A stretch of DNA of 43,922 nucleotides from a virus. Its lineage: Duplodnaviria; Heunggongvirae; Uroviricota; Caudoviricetes. The position numbers and the translations under genes were made by a program. Shown here piece by piece: positions 36,145 to 43,922 of this stretch. The first letter of the stretch is position 1, and every line of letters begins with the position of its first letter. Under the pieces are notes generated by a model. That model ran no database searches. It worked only from the letters and a program-made list of their open reading frames with translations, and was not told where the DNA came from. The DNA is taken from positions 1 through 43,922 of IMG/VR virus record IMGVR_UViG_3300045988_002593; one strand, written 5' to 3'.

Positions 36145-36457
36145 ATAGCAACTTATCGAGTTCTTCCAAATTCTTAATAGTGTGTTGCACGTTCAGGTAC
36201 TGAATCCAGGCGAGAAACCACGCACTTACAGGAAAACTTATAACAATAGTTATCGATATAATTAATTTGAAAAGGCACTTTATAATCTCTGCCAGCGTCA
36301 TGTCTAAAATGTCTTTAAACTCCGCAAAAATCCCCGCTGCATACACACAAAAAGTCCACCAGTTGTTGCTTACAGCGGAAACACATGTCAGGTATGACGG
36401 GCGGTATCCTGCCTTCACTGCTTTAAACGGGTTATCTATAAAATCGTAAATATTCAT
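36143..36457 (-). CDS. Hypothetical membrane protein
   Basis: Two hydrophobic helices; start overlaps the primase stop. Confidence 0.5.
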   Translation of the reverse strand: MNIYDFIDNPFKAVKAGYRPSYLTCVSAVSNNWWTFCVYAAGIFAEFKDILDMTLAEIIKCLFKLIISITIVISFPVSAWFLAWIQYLNVQHTIKNLEELDKLL

Positions 36458-38706
36458 TCCAAATCCTCCTCGGTCACTGTCAGCATTTCATTCGGTTCGT
36501 ATATTGTCTTCGGAATCTTGTTATCTGTTATCATGGTGTTCAGTCTGTAACGGCCTGGGATTATCTGATTGTTTTCGTCAGTACCCGGAACAAGATACCC
36601 AGCCTCAACCATTTTCTTAATCTTCCCGCGTTCTATGGCTTCTTTGGAGTTAAACGCCTTTGCGTTGGGGTCAGACTGCGCGAGCTTATTCGCTGCGGAT
36701 ACCGTGATGCCCTCGTTGCCGTTGTAGGTCCCCTCCGCCAGTTCAAACGCCGCGAGTATCGTGGCCTCGGAACTGTTGACGGCGTTCTCTATGGTTTTAC
36801 GTACATTTTGTTTACCTTCGTTAGTTAACCCTTCTTCCCTCTCTTTCTCCTCGTCGGTCTTGAATGGCTCGAAGCCCCACGGCATCAATACAAGCGCCTT
36901 GTGCGGCTCAGGCAGGTCGAGGTTTACTATTGTGCCGTATTCCTCTGTGCTACCGAGGAACTCAACCGCGCGGTACTCTTTCGGCGGCGGTGCTTCACGG
37001 AACTGTACAGACTCCAGTACCATGCCAACCGTCTTCTGTTGAGGACCGTGCTTAAATTTAGAGTGGTATACGTTTATCTGACGGTCGGTAGCGCGTTCGA
37101 TTGTCAGTTCCACGTCGACACCCGCATACAATGCTCCACTGCCGCGGGCTTTCTTTCCGCCCTTCGGAGTATGGTGAACGACACCGACAGCGGCTTTAGT
37201 TGCATCGCGCACTTCTTTCAGGATGGCGATAACTTTACCCATACCGATTGCCGTTGATGAACTGTTCTCGTCGAACTTATCAATCGTCAGGGCCAGCGTC
37301 TGGTTAAGGGTGTCGAAGGCAACCATGCCAATAGGTTCATCCCCTGCGGTTTCGCGCATCCTGCGGATTAGAGCTGGAATTTTTTTATCACCATGCGTAG
37401 CGAGTATTTCGCCCATATCGATGACATGTACATAATCTTTACCTTCCTCGCCATATTTAGCCGCGAGTGCATCAATACGTGTTCGTGTAGCTGCACCACC
37501 CTCGCCGTCAATATAGAAATGGTGGCAACGTTGGGTGTCAGCCCCCGCAAACCGGTACCCGGCGGCGCTCAGGTACATCATCCCCAGCGTATAGAATGAT
37601 TTGTACGTGCCGGATTCCCCGACAATATCCCAGATACAATCCGACGGCATGTACCCCTCAACGACGAAATCAGCCTTTACCGGTTCTGGTAACTCGTCCT
37701 CTTCTTCAAGGTCTTCCAGCGTGCAAGTTACAGGCTCCTCGTTCTCTGTGCGGTGCAGTTCTTCAATCTCTTCATCCGGTAAATCAGGCAGAGCCGCACG
37801 AATGCTGTTAATACTGATAGGTTGCTTGTCTACGTTAAGCTCGTCTGGCAGGCCGCACATACGCAGGGCCAAATGCTGTCGGCGGTTAAGCTCGGTGCAA
37901 GCGCCGTTGTTTGTATGCTGGCACACAAAGCGCACTTCTTTACCATCAAGCATGATGCTTGTGGAGCCTTTGCCTGTATGCAGATGTTCGTTAGGGCATG
38001 GGACTTCGTACCCGCGCCCGGAAGATAAAGCGTCAAGGCCAAGCTCGGCTTCGCAGAAATGCGCTATATCAGCGTTAAGCCCATACTCATCGGCGGCAAG
38101 TGTCTTAACTTCACGTTTACTCAACCCCATCTCTTCGGCTTTCTTGATGTACCGCTCGGCACGGATAACACGCCCTTCTGTAACCGTTATCTTCGACTCT
38201 TTGTGCGGCAGGTAGATAAGGCGGTTGCCATCTTCCGTGCAGTGGTCGCGCAACGCTTCGTCTATTTCTAACTCTGCACAAATAGCCCGTTGCACCATCC
38301 ACGCATCGTTAGAGTTAAACGGAGTGCGAGCCGGAACCAGAACGCGGAATGCGTAATCCCCGTTTTTACACGCATGCTGATGCGATGCCGTTGTGTGCAG
38401 AATATTGAAGAACGGTGCGTTCTTGAATTTGCGGGTAAGGTCGCGGTACTGAGTACGGTTGAGATGGTCAAAATCGAACTTAACCACACTGTCTTCCAGG
38501 ATAGCGTTTTTACGGCGACCCCCAACAGGCGCAATAGCTTTCTGCTTAATCTTGGCAGCGTCGTACTCTTCCTTAGACCACGACGGATCCACGGATAAAC
38601 GCTTCGATGTATCGCAGACATACTCCACAAACTGCTCGAGCGGCATCTCACGCGCTACAGGGTTTTTATCGAATGTGTTGCGCAGCGTTGCAAAAACAAT
38701 ATTCAT
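36454..38706 (-). CDS. DNA primase-helicase (N-terminal primase-like domain with zinc motif, C-terminal RecA-like ATPase)
   Basis: Zinc-binding CPNEHLH...C...C; Walker A GESGTYKS; motifs VAFDTLNQ and VVHHTPKGG. Confidence 0.75.
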   Translation of the reverse strand: MNIVFATLRNTFDKNPVAREMPLEQFVEYVCDTSKRLSVDPSWSKEEYDAAKIKQKAIAPVGGRRKNAILEDSVVKFDFDHLNRTQYRDLTRKFKNAPFFNILHTTASHQHACKNGDYAFRVLVPARTPFNSNDAWMVQRAICAELEIDEALRDHCTEDGNRLIYLPHKESKITVTEGRVIRAERYIKKAEEMGLSKREVKTLAADEYGLNADIAHFCEAELGLDALSSGRGYEVPCPNEHLHTGKGSTSIMLDGKEVRFVCQHTNNGACTELNRRQHLALRMCGLPDELNVDKQPISINSIRAALPDLPDEEIEELHRTENEEPVTCTLEDLEEEDELPEPVKADFVVEGYMPSDCIWDIVGESGTYKSFYTLGMMYLSAAGYRFAGADTQRCHHFYIDGEGGAATRTRIDALAAKYGEEGKDYVHVIDMGEILATHGDKKIPALIRRMRETAGDEPIGMVAFDTLNQTLALTIDKFDENSSSTAIGMGKVIAILKEVRDATKAAVGVVHHTPKGGKKARGSGALYAGVDVELTIERATDRQINVYHSKFKHGPQQKTVGMVLESVQFREAPPPKEYRAVEFLGSTEEYGTIVNLDLPEPHKALVLMPWGFEPFKTDEEKEREEGLTNEGKQNVRKTIENAVNSSEATILAAFELAEGTYNGNEGITVSAANKLAQSDPNAKAFNSKEAIERGKIKKMVEAGYLVPGTDENNQIIPGRYRLNTMITDNKIPKTIYEPNEMLTVTEEDLE

Positions 38707-38831
38707 TTCTTTTTCTCCGCACGTTCTAAGGCTTCCTGCATACGGCGCATTGCGCGGTTCATCTTTACCGGTGCGAAGAAGTCAGCGCCGTGTTTCTGGC
38801 GGCGTAGCTGTGGAACTATTAACTTTGTCAT
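38703..38831 (-). CDS. Hypothetical small basic protein (42 aa)
   Basis: ATG with AAGGA RBS; stop overlaps the primase ATG (ATGA). Confidence 0.35.
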   Translation of the reverse strand: MTKLIVPQLRRQKHGADFFAPVKMNRAMRRMQEALERAEKKK

Positions 38832-38899
38832 TGTATAATCCTTATGCTTACTTTGATGATTTGTACTTTAGCCCCGACGTTCTGGCGTTGGGGTTTCTT

Positions 38900-39112
38900 T
38901 TACTTAACGCCCGCAATCCACGCACGCTCCGAAGCGTAGAAACGACACTTACTTAAAGCCTCGATTGGCATCTTAATAATGCGTGTCGGTTCCAACAAAT
39001 GATTAGGCTTACATATTTCCGCATAGAATCCGCTGTCAGTAATTTCCGACGCAAACTTAAACCAGTATTTAACTTTACAGTTTTCAAAGTAACAACCCAT
39101 ACGCCCAATCAT
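38900..39112 (-). CDS. Hypothetical protein
   Basis: ORF track; start overlaps the AlpA-like gene stop. Confidence 0.45.
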   Translation of the reverse strand: MIGRMGCYFENCKVKYWFKFASEITDSGFYAEICKPNHLLEPTRIIKMPIEALSKCRFYASERAWIAGVK

Positions 39113-39291
39113 TTCACGTTCTCCTTAATCCATGCTTCAACTTTATTACGGTCAAATGTTCCTGGTAAACGGCGACCCATAACCTTAATACAGCAATCAG
39201 GGAATTTACCACTGCGCAACCAGTTATTAATTGTTTGACGTGTCACCCCGATACGTTCAGCCACTTCATTCTGTGTCATGTAATGCTGCAT
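39109..39291 (-). CDS. AlpA/excisionase-like HTH DNA-binding protein
   Basis: Motif MTQNEVAERIGVTRQTINNWLRSGKFP; start moved to ATG 39291 with an AGGAG RBS. Confidence 0.6.
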   Translation of the reverse strand: MQHYMTQNEVAERIGVTRQTINNWLRSGKFPDCCIKVMGRRLPGTFDRNKVEAWIKENVK

Positions 39292-39322
39292 TTTTATATC
39301 TCCTGTTTGTTTGGTGAAAACG

Positions 39323-39351
39323 AGTATAGGATAGCGTGAATGTAAAAGCAA
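39323..39351 (-). promoter_or_regulatory. Candidate promoter for the AlpA-like operon (TTGCTT-17-TATACT)
   Basis: Minus-strand -35 TTGCTT (39346-39351), 17-bp spacer, -10 TATACT (39323-39328), about 30 nt upstream of the start. Confidence 0.4.
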
Positions 39352-39398
39352 CCAAAACACCACACAAAGTTACTAATATACAAAAGATGCTAATGGTA

Positions 39399-39427
39399 TT
39401 GACTTTTACTAAGAAATGTGCTAAGCT
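39399..39427 (+). promoter_or_regulatory. Promoter with extended -10 (TTGACT-17-TAAGCT) preceding conserved element B
   Basis: Same architecture as 7556-7584: -35 TTGACT, TG at -15/-14, -10 TAAGCT. Confidence 0.45.
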
Positions 39428-39433
39428 CCACCT

Positions 39434-39665
39434 GAGCTTGTGAAGTATGAACAAGCGACCGCGGTGCGGCAGGAAACGGAGCGGTGCGTCAGCACTGAGT
39501 GTAGTGTCGCTGCCTGCATTCGGAAGGGCCATAATCTATTGTAAATCCCGTCTAAATAACCCAAGTCACTAATAATTAAAAGTTTCTATAGTTGCCGTAA
39601 GCAAGGTAGAGAGTACTTCACTCCGCTGGGGTGGGCTAAAGCCCACCCGCTGCGTTGCGTACTCT
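39434..39665 (+). ncRNA. Candidate structured leader/ncRNA, copy B (conserved core about 39434-39541)
   Basis: Conserved with 7581-7698; compensatory stem GUGC-GUCA-GCAC; divergent 3' part ends in an 8-bp GC-rich hairpin (39629-39648). Confidence 0.3.
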
Positions 39666-39707
39666 TTAAAGAAACAAAAGAATCACAACGGCAACGTAAC
39701 TATTATC

Positions 39708-39736
39708 TTGCACACCCCAACATAATAGGATACTAT
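39708..39736 (+). promoter_or_regulatory. Promoter, TTGCAC-17-TACTATTCA class, for the second early operon
   Basis: -35 TTGCAC, 17-bp spacer containing CATAAT, -10 TACTAT, 34 nt upstream of the ATG at 39771. Confidence 0.5.
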
Positions 39737-39770
39737 TCACTTATCGGAACGAGACATAAGGAATTTAGAA

Positions 39771-39974
39771 ATGAACAAAGCGACCGCAATCAAAGAAGTT
39801 TACGGCATCGATATCTCTGAGCGCGTAATTATCGGGAACAAGCGCAACTTCTTTACGTTCGACACCGACGGAATGGATGAAAATGATTTTGTTAACGTAC
39901 AACGTTTCGCTAACGGTAAAGGACTTCGTAACGAGCCAGCGGGTTACAAGAAATTTGCTATCTACTTTAAATAA
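39771..39974 (+). CDS. Hypothetical early protein
   Basis: ORF with RBS AAGGAA; its first 17 nt (ATGAACAAAGCGACCGC) closely match a segment inside both conserved elements. Confidence 0.55.
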   Translation: MNKATAIKEVYGIDISERVIIGNKRNFFTFDTDGMDENDFVNVQRFANGKGLRNEPAGYKKFAIYFK

Positions 39975-39992
39975 GACAGAGGAGTGATGGTT

Positions 39993-40178
39993 ATGTTTAA
40001 GAAGGGTCAGTTGGTTAAAACAAAACGCGGCGGACAGTACGTAATAGTTACCAAGAATGAGGATGAATATAGTACCGCTGTAGACGTATGGGGTCTTGTA
40101 CGAAAGAAACATGGTTACGCTTTCAGAGATAATTTAACACTCATCGGCAACAATTTTAAATTCAAAGGGGTGAAGTGA
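39993..40178 (+). CDS. Hypothetical early protein
   Basis: ORF track, start moved to ATG 39993 with a GAGGAG RBS 9 nt upstream. Confidence 0.5.
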   Translation: MFKKGQLVKTKRGGQYVIVTKNEDEYSTAVDVWGLVRKKHGYAFRDNLTLIGNNFKFKGVK

Positions 40179-40360
40179 TGCAAGAATTAATTTACGACGT
40201 ATATGTAGGAGGAAAATTTAGCTATTCAACGAGAAGCAGAGGTGAGGCGTTTAACCATTGCTGTGCATTAACGAAGTTAGGCTTCAACGCGGAATTTAAA
40301 TCCAGAACGGCGTCGAATCATGATGCTCGTGCCGACGACTCTGAGGGAGGTTGCCGTTAA
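40178..40360 (+). CDS. Hypothetical early protein
   Basis: ATG overlaps the upstream stop (TGATG). Confidence 0.45.
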   Translation: MQELIYDVYVGGKFSYSTRSRGEAFNHCCALTKLGFNAEFKSRTASNHDARADDSEGGCR

Positions 40361-40515
40361 TGAAAATTCGAATAACTGACCGCAGGCTTATAGATTTCGG
40401 TATCTCGGTAGGTGATGTTTTTCTGGCGTTCAGCAGCAACCATTATGGTTTTATGATTGAGTACAAAGGGTCATTATTGTTCGTGTATCGGGATGAATGC
40501 GAGGTTCTGGTATGA
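40360..40515 (+). CDS. Hypothetical small protein (51 aa)
   Basis: TAATG and ATGA overlaps with neighbours; below the ORF-track cut-off. Confidence 0.35.
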   Translation: MKIRITDRRLIDFGISVGDVFLAFSSNHYGFMIEYKGSLLFVYRDECEVLV

Positions 40516-40685
40516 GAGAAGCATTCGAACGGTGGGCCATCGTCGAGGGTCTGCCGGTTAATAAGGGTTCGAAGAAAGAGTACCTGAACGTTAAGACGCG
40601 TCTCGCGTGGCGGGCGTGGAAAGCTGGTGTGCAAGCAAGGGCGGGTATAACAGGTGGTGTAACAGGTCAAAAGGTTACTAATTGA
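40512..40685 (+). CDS. Hypothetical early protein
   Basis: ORF track, start at ATG 40512; followed by two hairpins (about 40697-40760). Confidence 0.45.
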   Translation: MREAFERWAIVEGLPVNKGSKKEYLNVKTRLAWRAWKAGVQARAGITGGVTGQKVTN

Positions 40686-40821
40686 CTGAGTGACTTACGC
40701 TGCTACACAGCAGCGTACAACTTTAGCTTAGTGTCGTCAAAAGGCGACACTTGCACGAAACGCAACAATCGAAGCGACTATTGCAGGAGATGCAACAATA
40801 ACAGACACCAATAAAATTTAC

Positions 40822-40850
40822 TTGCACACTGGGATAGAATAGTCTACTAT
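40822..40850 (+). promoter_or_regulatory. Promoter, TTGCAC-17-TACTATTCA class
   Basis: -35 TTGCAC, 17-bp spacer with TAGAAT, -10 TACTAT, 30 nt upstream of the ATG at 40881 (RBS GAGGAGAGG). Confidence 0.5.
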
Positions 40851-40880
40851 TCATTTACACAAACGAGAGGAGAGGCAGAG

Positions 40881-41030
40881 ATGGTTACTTTGATGATTAT
40901 GGAGTTTGAAAACAGCGCAGCAACTTACCGTGAGATGACTATGGCGCAGGCATATCACCTGGCCTCAAACGGCAACTTCTACAAGGCTCAAATCATCAAT
41001 GAGTTCGGGGTAATTGACTATGAATTTTAG
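40881..41030 (+). CDS. Hypothetical small protein (49 aa)
   Basis: Strong RBS; directly downstream of a promoter; stop overlaps the next gene start. Confidence 0.4.
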   Translation: MVTLMIMEFENSAATYREMTMAQAYHLASNGNFYKAQIINEFGVIDYEF

Positions 41031-41292
41031 CAGCTACACCGTGACTGTTGATTTTGAGGGGCTGGAGTTGCCCCTCCCTAACAACTACAGGTATATAACT
41101 CGCGACCGTTTCGGGTTTATTCAGGGGTGGAGGAACAAACCGACAGACACTGAGTTCGGGATGTCGGGTGGAGAAGAGTTGCCGATCACGTTCGGGCATC
41201 AGAGCAGCAATGAAGAGCTTAAAACGGTGATTCGTAAGTATCGCCGCCGCGGTAACACCGGGCTTATAGCAATAACAGGTGCTGTTGAATAA
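41020..41292 (+). CDS. Hypothetical protein
   Basis: ORF track, start at ATG 41020. Confidence 0.5.
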   Translation: MNFSSYTVTVDFEGLELPLPNNYRYITRDRFGFIQGWRNKPTDTEFGMSGGEELPITFGHQSSNEELKTVIRKYRRRGNTGLIAITGAVE

Positions 41293-41309
41293 GTGAGGGG
41301 AGAGACAGA

Positions 41310-41924
41310 GTGAACAATAAAAACGAAGTATTCGAGTACCTGATCGACCAGCTACGGCAGCAGGTAAGCAGTAACCTGTACAAGCAGCAGTGCGAAGACC
41401 TGGCACATGAGGTACTGTCACTTAAGAATCAGTTACGTGATGCTTCGGCGCTGGTGGCGGAGTTGCAGGAAGACAACATTAAGAAATCCGACCATATATC
41501 ACATCTGACCGGGCAATTGTCCGCGTATCGCAATGATGCGTTGCGCTTTCAAGCGCAAGTCGGGGACCTGGTAAAACGACTGGCTAAGGCCACTGGTGAC
41601 GAGTCTGTGCAGATTAAGGAGTTGACGCTCGCGCTAGATAGTTTAGATAACGAGGTTATGTGTCTTCGTTCAATCGTTTACCTGGACCCTAAAGGCGCGA
41701 TTGGGTACATCCGGCGGGCAAATAGTGCAATGACTGACACCCTGCGCCGCCAATACCTTAGCAAAGCACTTGAGGAACTCGGATGTAAGGATGCGCCAGA
41801 ACAATCCGGTTGCCGAAAGGAAGACGCTCAACTACCTGTATGCTCGTGCATTCCGGCTCACTGCGGAACTTACTACGGCAACACTGTAGTCTGTGATAAC
41901 TGTGGTGGAGCTATAACCGAATGA
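41310..41924 (+). CDS. Hypothetical coiled-coil protein with C-terminal Cys-rich zinc-finger-like region
   Basis: GTG start with GAGGGGA RBS; heptad-rich N-terminal half; C-terminal CSCIPAHCG...CDNCGG; central domain paralogous to 95-295. Confidence 0.55.
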   Translation: MNNKNEVFEYLIDQLRQQVSSNLYKQQCEDLAHEVLSLKNQLRDASALVAELQEDNIKKSDHISHLTGQLSAYRNDALRFQAQVGDLVKRLAKATGDESVQIKELTLALDSLDNEVMCLRSIVYLDPKGAIGYIRRANSAMTDTLRRQYLSKALEELGCKDAPEQSGCRKEDAQLPVCSCIPAHCGTYYGNTVVCDNCGGAITE

Positions 41925-42124
41925 CCAGCATCTTATTTATCTGGGTATTGTCGGCAGGCCAGATGCAACTAGCGGCATCAGAAACGTTTTACTCGATGGA
42001 GGCGTGCCAGTCAGCGGCACGCGCCGCAGAGAACGCGCACTTCCTGTTTCAGGGCGACAAGCCCAACGATTCAGAGGTACGAGCTATCTGCTCACCCAAG
42101 CGACTTGGTAAACAGGAGAAATAA
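41921..42124 (+). CDS. Hypothetical secreted/membrane protein
   Basis: N-terminal hydrophobic segment resembling a signal peptide; ATGA overlap with the upstream gene. Confidence 0.45.
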   Translation: MTSILFIWVLSAGQMQLAASETFYSMEACQSAARAAENAHFLFQGDKPNDSEVRAICSPKRLGKQEK

Positions 42125-42125
42125 C

Positions 42126-42308
42126 ATGGTACAGAGATATACCTACGACCAGATATTCGGGTTTACTCCCGATGTTGAGGGCGTGTTAGTGCTTTACGAA
42201 GATTACGCGAAACTCGAAGCTGAGTTACAGAAATACAAGGGCCAGTTCCCGGATTACGTTGAGTGTGCGAACTGCGGGTCAGTTACACATGTGGAGGGGG
42301 TGGAGTGA
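42126..42308 (+). CDS. Hypothetical protein with C-terminal CxxC
   Basis: ORF track, start at ATG 42126 with an AGGAG RBS. Confidence 0.45.
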   Translation: MVQRYTYDQIFGFTPDVEGVLVLYEDYAKLEAELQKYKGQFPDYVECANCGSVTHVEGVE

Positions 42309-42631
42309 TGTCTCTTGCAACTGACATCCTGAAACTAAGCGGCCTTGCGCCGCTGTCACCGAGAGCGAAGACACGTATACACAAGCGTCGCCGTAACGTG
42401 CTGTACCCATAGATACAAGAACGGCGTAAAGCTATCCGCGCCTGTGGATTCCAGAACGGAAAGGCCGTGAATCTAGGAGAGTTTAAAACACAGGAACGCG
42501 CGGCAATCGCTAATCGGTTATTTAATTACTGGAAATCGCTCGGATACGATGATATTCCGACTAAACCGCAGAGACGACAATACATCTGGCGTCATAAATA
42601 AACCGTTATTAAGATAATTCCTAACCGTGCT

Positions 42632-42671
42632 ATCCTCCAGTTACTGCATACTTAATACGCACCTGGAGGAT
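42632..42671 (+). promoter_or_regulatory. RBS-sequestering stem-loop upstream of the holin gene
   Basis: 9-bp stem ATCCTCCAG/CTGGAGGAT with 22-nt loop; the 3' arm contains the holin SD (GGAGGA); holin start is TTG at 42677. Confidence 0.45.
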
Positions 42672-42676
42672 TCATC

Positions 42677-42985
42677 TTGGATAAATTTACTGAAACAGTG
42701 ACGGGGTGGCTTCTCGCTGCCGCACTGGTCGGTGGGGTAATAGGCTTACGGCAACACAAAGCCACTATTACCGACCCTGTCGATGCTCTCTGTTTTCTCG
42801 CCACTGGCTTTGCGTGCGCCGTATTCGGTGCGCCTCTCGCCGCTCAATGGTTCGGTATCGCAGGTGAACGCGAAATAGCGGGCCTTGGATTCATCATTGC
42901 TATTCTCTGGATGCCAATTTATTCCCGTCTCTCTGGCATTGTCGCCGGAGAATACATCGCACGTCGCGGAGGTGGTAATGAATGA
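42677..42985 (+). CDS. Holin (three predicted TM helices)
   Basis: Three hydrophobic segments and a charged C-terminus; directly upstream of a second membrane protein and the endolysin. Confidence 0.6.
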   Translation: MDKFTETVTGWLLAAALVGGVIGLRQHKATITDPVDALCFLATGFACAVFGAPLAAQWFGIAGEREIAGLGFIIAILWMPIYSRLSGIVAGEYIARRGGGNE

Positions 42986-43250
42986 GTTATTCTGGTTTGG
43001 TGGTATGCTCGCAATCGGGAGCACATCGCTGTTTAACGTATACCACCCCAGCGTAGATGATGGGCTGTTCGGGCGTGTGCTTTATATTCTGACTGCTATT
43101 GTCTGCGCCGCCGGATGTATCCACCTGTTACAGGGCAGCATGTCACCTACGCTGCCTGAGACATTAATCACATTAGTTGCGCTGCGTCAGATTCGTCAGG
43201 CGTGGCTGTCGTACGGAGGACATAAGCGTGTCTCGAAACATTTCAGATAA
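42978..43250 (+). CDS. Second holin-like membrane protein (possible antiholin or lysis regulator)
   Basis: Two hydrophobic helices; ATG overlaps the holin stop; overlaps the endolysin start. Confidence 0.45.
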   Translation: MNELFWFGGMLAIGSTSLFNVYHPSVDDGLFGRVLYILTAIVCAAGCIHLLQGSMSPTLPETLITLVALRQIRQAWLSYGGHKRVSKHFR

Positions 43251-43716
43251 TGGGTTGCATTTCACCGCAGCGTTTGAGGGGTTCCGCGGAACTGCGTATC
43301 GTGCTACGCCAAATGAGAAGTACCTGACTATTGGGTACGGTCATTATGGGCCAGACGTAACGCCAGGCAAGACCATCACACCGGGACAAGGACTCCTGTT
43401 ACTGAATCGTGATATGGCTAAGGCCGTAGCTGCGGTTGACGCAGCAGCACACCATTCATTGACACAGGCACAGTTCGATGCAGTGTGCGACCTGGTATAC
43501 AACGCAGGTGCTGGTGTGATTGCTGCTACTACCGGCACGGGTAAGGCACTGCGTTCTGGTGATATTGCAACGCTGCGGGCTAAGCTGGCGCTGTTCATCA
43601 ACCAGAACGGCAAACCGTTACTAGGCCTGCGTCGCCGTACCGCCGGTCGTCTGGCGCTGTTCGACGGTAAACCGTGGCAGGAGGCTGAGGCTATCGGGCG
43701 CGCGGTGAAAGGTTGA
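43228..43716 (+). CDS. Endolysin, lysozyme (glycoside hydrolase family 24-like)
   Basis: ISDNGLHFTAAFEGFRG...YLTIGYGH and C-terminal LRRRTAGRLALF, which I recall from P22/lambda-type lysozymes; GTG start assumed. Confidence 0.8.
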   Translation: MSRNISDNGLHFTAAFEGFRGTAYRATPNEKYLTIGYGHYGPDVTPGKTITPGQGLLLLNRDMAKAVAAVDAAAHHSLTQAQFDAVCDLVYNAGAGVIAATTGTGKALRSGDIATLRAKLALFINQNGKPLLGLRRRTAGRLALFDGKPWQEAEAIGRAVKG

Positions 43717-43780
43717 CACATAAGACTAATCCGACGATACTTAAATCACCTCCTGCTCCATCCCTCTGCTCTCCAGTTTT

Positions 43781-43812
43781 ATCCCGGCCCTGACCCAGCC
43801 GGGATTTTTTTT
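43781..43812 (+). terminator. Strong intrinsic terminator after the lysis cassette
   Basis: ATCCCGGC/GCCGGGAT stem with 9-nt loop followed by eight T; the T-tract runs into the terminal overlap. Confidence 0.7.
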
Positions 43813-43922
43813 ATCTATTTTCTGTGATGACTAGTTGACTATTATCCTCGACCCTATTATATTTACTTCATCGACAACGAGAACGGAGTAGAGAGAAATG
43901 GGCAACGTATCGACGATAGAAA
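43804..43922. repeat. Terminal overlap copy, identical to 1-119
   Basis: Exact repeat of window bases 1-119. Confidence 0.9.

Noticed and set aside
37601-38215. 204-aa plus-strand ORF and several neighbouring plus-strand ORFs (36761-38956)
   Set aside because: All are antisense to the 750-aa primase-helicase gene, are Ser/Arg/Cys-rich with no recognisable motifs, and would break the compact minus-strand operon; treated as spurious.
39709-39728. TATAAT-like hexamers inside the 17-bp spacers of the TTGCAC-class promoters as the true -10 elements
   Set aside because: Using them as -10 leaves no acceptable -35 at 16-18 bp in any of the four copies, whereas TTGCAC-17-TACTAT is geometrically consistent in all four; the internal hexamer is treated as part of a conserved binding motif.
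1-43922. tRNA genes, CRISPR arrays, integrase or transposase
   Set aside because: No cloverleaf-compatible conserved tRNA features were seen in the intergenic regions inspected (7434-7808, 39292-39770, 40686-40880, 42413-42676), no repeat-spacer arrays, and no recombinase-like ORFs; this by-eye scan is not exhaustive and should be confirmed with dedicated tools.

Overview
The window is a complete, circularly closed tailed-phage genome of about 43.8 kb: bases 1-119 are identical to 43804-43922, so the record wraps on itself. It has a siphovirus-like layout with no integrase found. Gene order is: early small overlapping genes (95-2229, +); packaging, head and tail genes (2362-27111, +: terminase small and large subunits, portal, head morphogenesis, scaffold, major capsid, tail chaperones with a candidate -1 frameshift, tape measure, tail tip and a beta-helix tailspike); a minus-strand replication and recombination block (27140-39291: Toprim protein, SNF2-like helicase, VRR-NUC, family A DNA polymerase, Cas4-like nuclease, primase-helicase, AlpA-like HTH); then a second early block and the holin/endolysin cassette (39771-43716, +). 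A four-gene minus-strand cassette (14586-16985: membrane peptide, HTH-metallophosphoesterase, HAD phosphatase, dNMP-kinase-like) is inserted inside the tail module. The most unusual signal is a pair of ~118-nt conserved elements, each directly downstream of its own sigma70-like promoter (7556-7791 and 39399-39665), with compensatory stem changes and compensating indels that argue for a structured leader/ncRNA rather than a peptide. Promoters share conserved architectures carrying a GAATAGT/ACTATTC motif. All calls are from reading the sequence and the ORF track; no searches were run, so protein functions rest on recalled motifs and gene order.
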